Origin: Spirochaetaceae bacterium
Lineage (GTDB): Bacteria > Spirochaetota > Spirochaetia > DSM-2461
DNA length: 64,000 bases
NCBI GenBank assembly: GCA_051531975.1
Contig: JAOPTT010000009.1
Coordinates: 256,001-320,000, forward strand
Reading direction: 5' to 3'
Part shown: positions 28,281 through 37,501 of the stretch, in pieces
Position numbering within the stretch: the first letter of the stretch is position 1
Layout of the letters: the number at the start of each line of letters is the position of its first letter
Program-made: the position numbers and the translations under genes
The notes under the pieces: model-generated
Databases searched by the model: none
What the model saw: the letters and a program-made list of their open reading frames with translations, nothing else
What the model was told of the DNA's origin: nothing

Positions 28281-29608
28281 ACTTCTATGCCAAGCTTTTT
28301 CATTTTGTTATAAAGTGTTCTTCTTGTTATTCCTAAAAAATCTGCAGTTTTACCTCGACTGTTATTTGTTTTATCCAGAGTATCAAGGATAATCTCTCTG
28401 GTTATATTATCCGAGACATTCCTAAGAGGTAACACCTTTTCTTTTGGTGAGTATATTTTGTACTGTTCAGGAATAACATCCATTCCAAGTGTATCTTCAT
28501 CACAGAAAATGACCATTCGTTCCACTGTATTTCTGAGTTCTCTAATGTTTCCTGGCCAGTCGTGCTGAAGAAAAAGCAGATCAACTTCACTAGTAAATCC
28601 ATCTATATTTTTCCCATATTTTATACTGAATTCTTTTACAAATGCCCGGGAGAGTGAGAGTATATCTTCTAACCTCTGTTTTAAAGAGGGTAGCTCTATC
28701 TGGATAACAGAGAGTCGATAATATAGATCCTCTCGAAAAGTTCCACCTGTAATACGTTCCTTAAGGTCCCTATTTGTTGCAGCAACAATACGGACATCCA
28801 TTTTTCTAGTTTTATGAGAACCAAGACGTTCATACTCTTTTTCTTGAATAACTCTTAGCAGTTTTGCCTGGGTTTTGGTACTCATCTCCCCAATTTCATC
28901 AAGAAAAATAGTTCCACCCTCAGCAACTTCAAATTTTCCAGGTCGGGATTCTGAGGCATCAGTGAATGCTCCCTTTTCATATCCAAATAGTTCACTTTCC
29001 AAAAGAGCTTCCGGAATAGCAGCACAATTTAATTTTAAAAAAGGTTTTCCCTCTCGGGAGCTATAGCTATGAATTGCTGAAGCTGCAAGTTCTTTTCCTG
29101 TGCCAGATTCTCCTGTTATCAATACTGGAACATCGGTTGGAGCAACCTTTGATATCATTTTAATTTTTTTTCTCATTATTGGATTCGCCGATATCATACA
29201 TTTTGTTGCATTTGATTCAGGAGAATAAATATCACTGTTTGATTCATCATCAGAAAGCAGAGGTTCAATCTCTTTAAGCAGATTGGCAAACCTAACTGGT
29301 TTTTCAAAGAAGTTAATTGCTCCATAACGCATGGCCTGAACTACATTCTCTACTGATGCATAACCAGATACCATTAATATAGGGAGTTTACTATAAACTT
29401 TTCGGATTTGCAGAATAAGATCTATTCCTGATAACTCTGGCATTTTTAAATCAGTGATTAGAAGATCACATGGATTTTCTCTTAACATATGAAGAGCGTG
29501 TTCAGGATTAACAGTGTATACTGGATCATAACCTTTTGCTTTTAATAGTTTAGATAGGCTAATACAGAGTTGTTCTTCATCATCTACAATCAAAATTCTT
29601 TTATTCAT
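28277..29608 (-). CDS. Sigma54-dependent response regulator (NtrC/AtoC-like)
   Basis: Receiver (IVDDE, DLKMP), AAA+ GESGTGKE, ESELFG, GAFTDA, WPGNIREL, Fis HTH; ATGA overlap with the kinase. Confidence 0.95.
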   Translation of the reverse strand: MNKRILIVDDEEQLCISLSKLLKAKGYDPVYTVNPEHALHMLRENPCDLLITDLKMPELSGIDLILQIRKVYSKLPILMVSGYASVENVVQAMRYGAINFFEKPVRFANLLKEIEPLLSDDESNSDIYSPESNATKCMISANPIMRKKIKMISKVAPTDVPVLITGESGTGKELAASAIHSYSSREGKPFLKLNCAAIPEALLESELFGYEKGAFTDASESRPGKFEVAEGGTIFLDEIGEMSTKTQAKLLRVIQEKEYERLGSHKTRKMDVRIVAATNRDLKERITGGTFREDLYYRLSVIQIELPSLKQRLEDILSLSRAFVKEFSIKYGKNIDGFTSEVDLLFLQHDWPGNIRELRNTVERMVIFCDEDTLGMDVIPEQYKIYSPKEKVLPLRNVSDNITREIILDTLDKTNNSRGKTADFLGITRRTLYNKMKKLGIEV

Positions 29609-29677
29609 ACTAAGGAATGATAATTGACAAAAGTTAAATTGACAAGGACTTCGTTCGAATAGACAATTTGGATATAA

Positions 29678-29730
29678 TTGGGAAAAAAGATTCTCAAATA
29701 ATATCGGAATGAGAAACGTTATTTCCTATT
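29678..29730. promoter_or_regulatory. Putative tandem upstream activator sequences for the NtrC-type regulator
   Basis: TTGGGAA-N6-TTCTCAA (29678-29697) and AATGAGAAA-N5-TTTCCTATT (29708-29730), about 100-150 bp upstream of the -24/-12 site. Confidence 0.45.
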
Positions 29731-29825
29731 AATTCAATAATATGATTTATATTATTTTGTTTGTAAATAGGATATATCTATATATAGTAAGCATTTACCA
29801 GTTTTTGGTAATTGATTAAATGTTT

Positions 29826-29841
29826 TGGCATGAATTATGCA
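29826..29841 (+). promoter_or_regulatory. Sigma54 (-24/-12) promoter of araFGH
   Basis: TGGCATGAATTATGCA with exact GG-N10-GC spacing, 35 bp before the araF start. Confidence 0.8.
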
Positions 29842-29875
29842 GTGTTAAGAGTATACAGAAAAAGAGGAGAACATT

Positions 29876-30874
29876 GTGAAGAAAAACGTAATTTTAACTA
29901 TCTGTCTGATTTTAATGACAGGTTCATTATTTGCCAACGGGGTAAAGGAAGCTAAAAGCGAGACTAAAGAGATTAAAATAGGATTTCTTGTAAAAATGCC
30001 TGAGGAAGGATGGTTTCAACAAGAGTGGAAGTTTGCCCAGGAAGCAGGAGCAGATTACGGATTTAAAGTAATTGAGATCGGAACTCCTGATGGAGAGAAA
30101 GTTCTATCAGCTATAGATAATCTTGCAGCGCAAGGTGCACAAGGTTTTATAATTTGTACACCAGATGTAAAGCTTGGATCTGCAATATTAGCCAAAGCTA
30201 ATGCAAATGACTTAAAGCTATTTACAGTTGATGATCGTCTAGTTGGAGCTGATGGAACACCTATTCAAGAGATCCCTCATATGGGTATATCTGCATACGA
30301 AATTGGTAAAGAAGTAGGTAAAACACTGGCCTCCCAGATGAAAGAGAGAGGATGGAAACAGGAAGAAACAGGTTTTATGAGAATAAGTTTTAATGAACTT
30401 CCTACAGCAGTAGATAGAATTACAGGTGCTACAGATGCATTAGTTGAAATGGGTTATGATAAGAATTTTATATTTGATTCCCCACAGAAAACCACAGATA
30501 CAGAGGGTGCTTTTAATGCGGCAAATATTACAATTACAAAAAATCCTAATATTAAACACTGGCTTATTACAGGACTTAATGATGAAGCTTCAGCTGGTGG
30601 AACAAGAGCTCTAGAAGGTAATGGTTTTGCTGTAGAAGATATCTGTGCAGTAGGAATTGGTGGAAGTGGTGTAGCTATTGCTGAATTTGAAAAAGAAAAT
30701 CTTACAGGTTTCTATTCTACAGCACTGCTTTCTCCTAGAAGACATGGTTATGAAACTGCAGAATTGGTATACAAATGGATTACCACTGGTGTTAAACCTC
30801 CAGCAACTACATGGACTAGTGCTGCTATGATGAACCGTTCAAACTATATTGCTGTACAAAAAGAAAACAGCTAA
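29876..30874 (+). CDS. araF: L-arabinose ABC transporter binding protein
   Basis: IKIGFLVKMPEEGWFQQEWKFA, PDGEKVLSAIDNLAAQGAQGFIICTPDVKLG, TVDDR match AraF. Confidence 0.9.
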   Translation: MKKNVILTICLILMTGSLFANGVKEAKSETKEIKIGFLVKMPEEGWFQQEWKFAQEAGADYGFKVIEIGTPDGEKVLSAIDNLAAQGAQGFIICTPDVKLGSAILAKANANDLKLFTVDDRLVGADGTPIQEIPHMGISAYEIGKEVGKTLASQMKERGWKQEETGFMRISFNELPTAVDRITGATDALVEMGYDKNFIFDSPQKTTDTEGAFNAANITITKNPNIKHWLITGLNDEASAGGTRALEGNGFAVEDICAVGIGGSGVAIAEFEKENLTGFYSTALLSPRRHGYETAELVYKWITTGVKPPATTWTSAAMMNRSNYIAVQKENS

Positions 30875-30899
30875 TACAGACATTATTTAAACAATTACA

Positions 30900-30931
30900 A
30901 TAACAGGAAGATTATATTTCTTCCTGTTATT
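30900..30931 (+). terminator. Intercistronic stem-loop after araF
   Basis: ATAACAGGAAGA...TCTTCCTGTTAT. Confidence 0.6.
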
Positions 30932-30958
30932 TATCCTAAATTAAATTGAGAGTTTGAT

Positions 30959-32470
30959 ATGATACCTTATTTACAATTTCGATCAGTTACAAAAAAATAT
31001 CCTGGAGTGGTTGCTTTGAACAACGTTTCATTTGATGTGCAACGTGGTGAAGTTCATGGATTAATCGGAGAGAATGGGGCCGGAAAATCGACCCTACTTA
31101 AAACCCTAAGTGGAGCACATAAACCAACATCAGGAGAAGTTATTCTTAATGGCGTTGTGCAAGACTTTACAAATACAAAGGATGCTTTAAAAGCCGGTGT
31201 TTCAATAATTTACCAGGAATTACATCTTGTTCCGGAAATGACAGTAGCAGAAAACCTTCTTTTAGGTCATTTCCCAAAAAAGATATCAGGTTTTATAGAT
31301 TTTAAATCTATGAGATCAATAGCCCGTTCCGAGCTTAAGTATATACTGGAAGATATAGACGTTAATAAAAAAATTAAAGAATTATCAATTGGACAAAGAC
31401 AAATGATAGAAATAGCAAAGGCGCTTTTACATAATGCGGATATTATAGCTTTTGATGAACCTACAAGTTCACTATCTGAAAGGGAAACAACTCGTCTTTT
31501 TGAAATTATTGATAATCTAAGAAAAGAAGGAAAATCTATTTTATATGTTTCCCATAGAATGGAAGAGATATTTAAGATATGTGATTCTGTAACTGTTTTC
31601 CGTGATGGTCAGAAAATAGAAACATTTACTGACATGAATAAAATTGATAATGATATTCTTGTTAACCGTATGGTTGGTCGGGATATAAAAGATGTATATA
31701 GTTACAAACCAAGAAAAATTGGTGAGACTTATCTTAAGGTTGAAGGTGTAAAGGGTTTTGGTTTAGAAGAGCCTGCTACTTTCGAACTGAAGAGAGGGGA
31801 AATTTTAGGTTTTTTTGGTTTAGTTGGCGCTGGACGTACAGAACTAATGAAGTTAATATATGGCGCTGAAAAATCTGATAATGGAAGTTTAGTTTTAGAC
31901 GGTAATAAGATTAAAATAAATTGTCCAAAGGATTCAATTGATAATGGTATATTTTTCTGCCCTGAAGATAGAAAGGATGAAGGAATAATACCAATAAGAA
32001 GTATTGTTGAAAATATAAATATTAGTGTCCGTAGACACAGTCTTAAAGCAGGTATTTTTCTTAACAAAAAAACAGAAATAGATACTACTGATAAATTTAT
32101 TAAAGCACTACGGATTAAAACACCTCATAGAGAACAAACTGTGGGTAGTCTTTCTGGGGGAAATCAGCAAAAGGTTATTTTAGCCCGTTGGTTAGCGGAA
32201 GATGTTAAGGTTTTAATTATGGATGAACCAACTAGAGGAATCGATGTTGGTGCAAAAAGTGAAATATACCAGCTTATGTACAAATTGGCAGAAGAGGGTA
32301 AATCAGTTATTTGCGTATCAAGTGACCTTCCGGAAGTTATGGGTGTGTCAGACCGTCTGCTTGTTATGAGGGAAGGTCAGATTGTATCTTCTTTTGATAA
32401 AAAAGATTACTCCGAAGAAGCTATTCTGAGCAAAGCATTGCTTAATACAAAAGCTAGTGTTCAGTCTTAA
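30959..32470 (+). CDS. araG: L-arabinose ABC transporter ATPase
   Basis: Tandem NBDs GENGAGKS, LSIGQRQ, FDEPTSSL, LSGGNQQK, DEPTRGIDVGAK. Confidence 0.92.
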   Translation: MIPYLQFRSVTKKYPGVVALNNVSFDVQRGEVHGLIGENGAGKSTLLKTLSGAHKPTSGEVILNGVVQDFTNTKDALKAGVSIIYQELHLVPEMTVAENLLLGHFPKKISGFIDFKSMRSIARSELKYILEDIDVNKKIKELSIGQRQMIEIAKALLHNADIIAFDEPTSSLSERETTRLFEIIDNLRKEGKSILYVSHRMEEIFKICDSVTVFRDGQKIETFTDMNKIDNDILVNRMVGRDIKDVYSYKPRKIGETYLKVEGVKGFGLEEPATFELKRGEILGFFGLVGAGRTELMKLIYGAEKSDNGSLVLDGNKIKINCPKDSIDNGIFFCPEDRKDEGIIPIRSIVENINISVRRHSLKAGIFLNKKTEIDTTDKFIKALRIKTPHREQTVGSLSGGNQQKVILARWLAEDVKVLIMDEPTRGIDVGAKSEIYQLMYKLAEEGKSVICVSSDLPEVMGVSDRLLVMREGQIVSSFDKKDYSEEAILSKALLNTKASVQS

Positions 32471-32495
32471 TAAAAACAAAAAAAAGAGGATTATA

Positions 32496-33476
32496 ATGGA
32501 AAATACAATAACATTAAAACAGGAGAATAAGTTTTTAAAACATTTTCATGGAATGTGGCAAAACTCAGGAATGATGGTAATATTTTTACTTTTATTTGTA
32601 GGTTTATCTATATTTGTTCCATATTTTTTCACCTGGCGTAACTTGATAGGTTTAGGTCTATCTGTATCCATGGTGGGAATGGTTGCCTGTACTATGCTTT
32701 TTGCCCTTGCATCAGGTGATTTTGATCTGTCTGTGGAGAATATTGTAGCATTTTCTGGAGTTACTGCAGCTGTAGTAACTAATTCTACAGGAAGTGTTGT
32801 GTATGGAGTTATCGCTGGTGTTCTTGGTGGGGGAGTTATAGGGGTTGCTAATGGTACTATAATTGCCAAGTTTGGAATCAATGCACTTATTACTACCCTA
32901 GCTATGTCACAAATTGTAAGAGGATTAGCATTTATAGTTTCAGGTGGAAGTGCTATTGGTGTTGCAAATACAAAATTCTTTGTTTTAGGTAACGGATCTC
33001 TGTTTGGTATTCCAAATCCTATAACTATAACAATAATTTGTTTTATTGTTTTTGGAATACTATTAAATAATACGTCTTTTGGTAAAAATACACTGGCTAT
33101 TGGTGGTAATATGGAAGCTACAAGGTTAGCCGGAGTCGCTGTAAGTAAAATAAGGATTCTTATTTTTACTCTTCAGGGTATGATGGCCGGGTTTGCTGGT
33201 GTTGTTCTTGCATCAAGAATGACAAGTGGACAACCTAATACTTCTCTGGGATTTTCCCTCGATGTTATATCTGCTTGTGTTCTTGGTGGAGTTTCTCTAT
33301 CAGGAGGTGTTGCCCCAATTCAAGGTGCTATAGTTGGTGTTCTAATTATGGGTACTGTTCAAAATGCAATGAACCTAATGAATATTCCTACTTTCTACCA
33401 GTATATGGTACGTGGTGTTATTCTGCTTATCGCTGTTCTGATAGATAAGTTCAAACAGAAAAATGCATTAAAATAG
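32496..33476 (+). CDS. araH: L-arabinose ABC transporter permease
   Basis: LASGDFDLSV, SRMTSGQP, ISACVLGGVSL; ATG 32496 with AGAGGA RBS. Confidence 0.92.
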   Translation: MENTITLKQENKFLKHFHGMWQNSGMMVIFLLLFVGLSIFVPYFFTWRNLIGLGLSVSMVGMVACTMLFALASGDFDLSVENIVAFSGVTAAVVTNSTGSVVYGVIAGVLGGGVIGVANGTIIAKFGINALITTLAMSQIVRGLAFIVSGGSAIGVANTKFFVLGNGSLFGIPNPITITIICFIVFGILLNNTSFGKNTLAIGGNMEATRLAGVAVSKIRILIFTLQGMMAGFAGVVLASRMTSGQPNTSLGFSLDVISACVLGGVSLSGGVAPIQGAIVGVLIMGTVQNAMNLMNIPTFYQYMVRGVILLIAVLIDKFKQKNALK

Positions 33477-33555
33477 AATGTTGATATAGAGGGATACTGC
33501 TGTTTTATTCAGTATTTCTCTATGAACTTTGAGTCCATACTTAGGAGTCGATAAA

Positions 33556-35412
33556 ATGTCTATAAAAGCTAAATTAATGAGTCTGATCTCTATAATACTT
33601 TTTTCATTTTTTTTAATTATTGTTGGATATTTTTTGGCTATCTCTCCAATAAAAAAAATGGAAATTGAAACAGGTATTCTCGAATCTCTTAAAATTTCTT
33701 TATTAGAAGAGAAATCCCAAATAAATCTTATTTTAGGAGACTCTTCATATGTGCAAACTATTGAGGAATTTTATGAAGCAGCAGATAAAACAAGTACTGT
33801 TTTTGAAGATATAAATTCAATAGAGTATATACGTTCAAAAAATCCTGGTATTAGAAATTCTCTAATAATAATTTCTAAAGTTAATAAGCTTAAAATTGAA
33901 GAGCTTCAAAAGTTGAAAAAGACAGATTTAGAATTAAGAATAATTGTTGAAGATATTTTCATATTTCTAGACTCATTTAATATTGTAAAGATTTACAGTG
34001 CACCCCAGTATCTTAATAATACCGGGAAAGAAGAAAGCTTAATTTTTGACAATCAATTTAATAGTTTTCTGTCTCAACACTCTATATATCAGTTATCACT
34101 TAATAGTTCATCTGCTGTTTTAAATGAACAATTTGAAGCGATAGATAGAGAAGTTAACAACATAAAAGTAAAGATTAATATAACTATTGGAATAGTTATT
34201 TCTATTCTTCTTATCTCTGTTTTTATTGGAAGTATAATATTTGCTAATTCTATCGCAGTGAATATAAAAAAAATTGTAAGATCTATAAATCATTTAAAGG
34301 ATGGTGATTTAACTGTTGTTTCTATAATTGATTCAAAAGACGATCTGGGAAAACTTAATAATAATCTGAGTCACTTTCAGGAGAATATGAAAGGGCTTAT
34401 ACATAGAATAAAGGGTGTTTCCCATGAAAATATAAGTGTTCAGGAGAAGCTTATTATAGAGGTTAAAGATACTGAAAACTCAAGCTTATCAATATCTGAA
34501 AGTTCAGATGAAATAAAAAAAGATATTGAGAATCTAAATGAAACCGCCAGTTTATCTTATGCTTCTGTTGAGTTGATCTCCACTCAAATTGAAAACCTAA
34601 ATGCTTCTATAATGGAACAAACATCAATGATAGAGGAATCCACTGCAGCAGTTAATCAGATGATGGCATCTATTGTTAATGTTGAGCAGGTTACAATAAA
34701 TAAAATAGATAGCTTAAAATTAATGATGCAATCACTTGTTAATGGTAATAGTCAGCTTCAAAATACCTCTATTAGTATAGAGCGGATAGATAATAGTGTT
34801 GGTGTTATTCAAAATATGGTATCAATCATTGAAAATATATCATCTCAAACAAATCTTCTGGCTATGAATGCAGCTATAGAGGCAGCACATGCTGGAGAAT
34901 ATGGGAAGGGCTTTGCTGTAGTTGCAGATGAAATAAGAAAGCTGGCAGAAGCATCTACAAAGAATTCAAAAGAAGTTGCTGACTCATTAAAAGAGATTTT
35001 AGACAGTATAAAAGATGCAACTACATCAAGCAGAACCACACAACAAACATTCACAGGAATAATTTCCGATGTAGATGGACTTTTCAGCTCAATGAATGAG
35101 ATCAGTTTAAGTCTCATAGAACTAAAAACAGGTGGGGATCAGATACTTATAGCTATGAATTCCCTTCAAACTATGTCTATAGATGTTCAGGATAACTCTA
35201 CAAATATTACAGATCAATCACAGGCTGTATATAGTTCAGCCCAGAACGTTCAAAAAATATCAGGGAATGTACACAGTGGAATAAATCGGGTTTCTAATGA
35301 TATAGGGCGGATTTCTAAAACTATCAATGTTATTCAGAACCTAACCGATAATATAGGTTCTGTTGCAGAACGGATTGATACTGAGTTGGGTTTTTTTAAA
35401 ACTTCAATTTAA
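33556..35412 (+). CDS. Methyl-accepting chemotaxis protein
   Basis: Two TM helices, [42 protein letters not shown] 33556 with AGGAG RBS. Confidence 0.95.
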   Translation: MSIKAKLMSLISIILFSFFLIIVGYFLAISPIKKMEIETGILESLKISLLEEKSQINLILGDSSYVQTIEEFYEAADKTSTVFEDINSIEYIRSKNPGIRNSLIIISKVNKLKIEELQKLKKTDLELRIIVEDIFIFLDSFNIVKIYSAPQYLNNTGKEESLIFDNQFNSFLSQHSIYQLSLNSSSAVLNEQFEAIDREVNNIKVKINITIGIVISILLISVFIGSIIFANSIAVNIKKIVRSINHLKDGDLTVVSIIDSKDDLGKLNNNLSHFQENMKGLIHRIKGVSHENISVQEKLIIEVKDTENSSLSISESSDEIKKDIENLNETASLSYASVELISTQIENLNASIMEQTSMIEESTAAVNQMMASIVNVEQVTINKIDSLKLMMQSLVNGNSQLQNTSISIERIDNSVGVIQNMVSIIENISSQTNLLAMNAAIEAAHAGEYGKGFAVVADEIRKLAEASTKNSKEVADSLKEILDSIKDATTSSRTTQQTFTGIISDVDGLFSSMNEISLSLIELKTGGDQILIAMNSLQTMSIDVQDNSTNITDQSQAVYSSAQNVQKISGNVHSGINRVSNDIGRISKTINVIQNLTDNIGSVAERIDTELGFFKTSI

Positions 35413-35538
35413 CATATATCTAATCTTTAAAATGATCATAATGTATATGCTTTTGATTATCACCTCCATTTCTAAATGACAGTTCCTACTTTAAGATTAA
35501 TAATATAAGAGAATAACTACTTAAAGAGAGGAAAATAA

Positions 35539-36699
35539 ATGAAAATAACTGATGTAAAAGTCTGGCTTGTAGAAGGTATTAAATATAACTGGACAATGAT
35601 CAAAATATATACAGATGAAGGTTTGACGGGTGTTGGTGAAGCGACAAACTGGCCAGGAAGTCCAATTGTTGAAGCTGCAGCTATACATGCAGGGGAACGA
35701 ATAATTGGTATGGATCCATTAAGGACTGATTATATATGGACAAAACTATATCGGGATCTTAACTGGGTTGGTCCCTATGGGGCATCAATGTGTGCCATTT
35801 CAGGAATCGATATGGCTCTTTTGGATCTTAAAGGAAAAGCATTTGGAGTACCATGTTATGAGTTATTAGGTGGTGCATTCCGTACAGAGATTCCACTCTA
35901 TGCAAATTACTGGTTTACAGGTGGAGGGCATAATGTTGAAGACTATGCTAAACAGGCAAAGGTTGTACAAAAAGCTGGATTCAAGGGATTAAAATTTGAC
36001 CCATTTGCTCATACAAGTTACTTCTATGGAGATGACTTATCATCTAATCTTTCCCTAACAACAACACAGCAGGACTTAGCTTTTGATATCTGCGCCGGGG
36101 TTCGAGAAGCTACTGGCCCGGATATGATCATGTTAATAGAAACCCATGCTTTACTAAATACAAAAACAGCAATTACTATGGCTAACCGCCTAGCAGATCT
36201 AGATATTAGTTGGTACGAAGAACCTGTAGGTCCTGAAAATGCTAAAACTCTTAAAGCAGTCCGTGACCGTCTTGATCCCCGTGTTTCTATCTGTGTTGGT
36301 GAGAGACATTATACAAGGCATGGTATTCGGGATGTTCTTGAAAATCACACATGCGATATTCTTATGCCGGATATTACAAGGTGTGGTGGTCCTTCAGAAA
36401 TGAAACGTATGGCAACTATGATGGAAGCTTATAATGTACTTCTAGCACCACATAATCCTAATGGTCCGCTATCTACAATCGCTAGTGCACATGTTTGTGC
36501 TTCGGTACCTAATTTTTTCCGACAGGAATTTATGTTTAATGATGTCCCATGGAGAGATGAGGTTATAGATCATCCTATAGATATAAAAGATGGTAAACTT
36601 ATTTTATCCCGGCGTCCTGGTCTTGGAGTTGATCTAGTTGAAGAAGTTATGCAGTCTCATCCTGGAATACGAGAAGCAAGAGATGGCTTTTATGTATAA
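35539..36699 (+). CDS. Mandelate racemase/galactonate dehydratase-family acid-sugar dehydratase
   Basis: AISGIDMALLDLKGK, KxK (KGLKFD), WYEEP, GERH, APHNP. Confidence 0.9.
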   Translation: MKITDVKVWLVEGIKYNWTMIKIYTDEGLTGVGEATNWPGSPIVEAAAIHAGERIIGMDPLRTDYIWTKLYRDLNWVGPYGASMCAISGIDMALLDLKGKAFGVPCYELLGGAFRTEIPLYANYWFTGGGHNVEDYAKQAKVVQKAGFKGLKFDPFAHTSYFYGDDLSSNLSLTTTQQDLAFDICAGVREATGPDMIMLIETHALLNTKTAITMANRLADLDISWYEEPVGPENAKTLKAVRDRLDPRVSICVGERHYTRHGIRDVLENHTCDILMPDITRCGGPSEMKRMATMMEAYNVLLAPHNPNGPLSTIASAHVCASVPNFFRQEFMFNDVPWRDEVIDHPIDIKDGKLILSRRPGLGVDLVEEVMQSHPGIREARDGFYV

Positions 36700-36710
36700 A
36701 GGGGATAAAA

Positions 36711-37499
36711 ATGAGTCTTGAAATAGATCTTAAAGGTAAAGTAGCTGTTGTTACAGGTGTCTCCCAGGGGTTAGGTCTAGGTGTTGCTAAGGTTCTTGCC
36801 AATGCAGGTTGTAATATAGCTGGTTGTGCATTTAGTAGTAAAGAATCTGATAAGGCACAGAATTTTCTTGAAATTATGAAGTTGGAAAATATTAAAGCAA
36901 ACTATTTTAGTGTTGATGTTACAAAATTAGAAGAACAGTCCCGTTTTATCGATTCGGTTATAAAAGAGTTTGGGCGGATAGATCTTGTTATATCCAATGC
37001 AGGTGTAAACGTATTTAAGGGAGTATTAGATTGCTCGGAGGAGGACTGGTCTTATAATGAGCAGTTGAATCTTTCTTCACACTGGCGTTTGGCTAAGCTG
37101 ACTTATCTCTATCTTTCAAAAAATGCAGATGGAGTTTTTATTGTCATGACTTCAAACCACTGCAACTCAACTATGTCAGGTTGTTTCCCCTACAATGTAA
37201 CTAAAACCGCTTTAAAGGGTTTAGTTCAATCAATGGCAATAGAGTGGGGTCCATTAATAAGAACAATTGGTATAGCTCCAGGATTTATTCAATCTCCAGC
37301 TAACAAACAATGGTTTGATGCCTATGATGAACCTAAGGATGAAGAGAAGAAAACAATAGACCTTCACCCTGTTGGTAGACTTGGAACTGTAGAGGATGTT
37401 GGGGCTTTATGTGCATTTTTAGCTAGTGGCTATGCTGGATTCATTAGTGGAACTACATATCTTATTGATGGTGGGCGTTCAGCTCTGATGCAGGATTAA
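36711..37499 (+). CDS. SDR-family oxidoreductase
   Basis: TGVSQGLG, NAG, YNVTK, DGG. Confidence 0.92.
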   Translation: MSLEIDLKGKVAVVTGVSQGLGLGVAKVLANAGCNIAGCAFSSKESDKAQNFLEIMKLENIKANYFSVDVTKLEEQSRFIDSVIKEFGRIDLVISNAGVNVFKGVLDCSEEDWSYNEQLNLSSHWRLAKLTYLYLSKNADGVFIVMTSNHCNSTMSGCFPYNVTKTALKGLVQSMAIEWGPLIRTIGIAPGFIQSPANKQWFDAYDEPKDEEKKTIDLHPVGRLGTVEDVGALCAFLASGYAGFISGTTYLIDGGRSALMQD

Positions 37500-37501
37500 G
37501 T

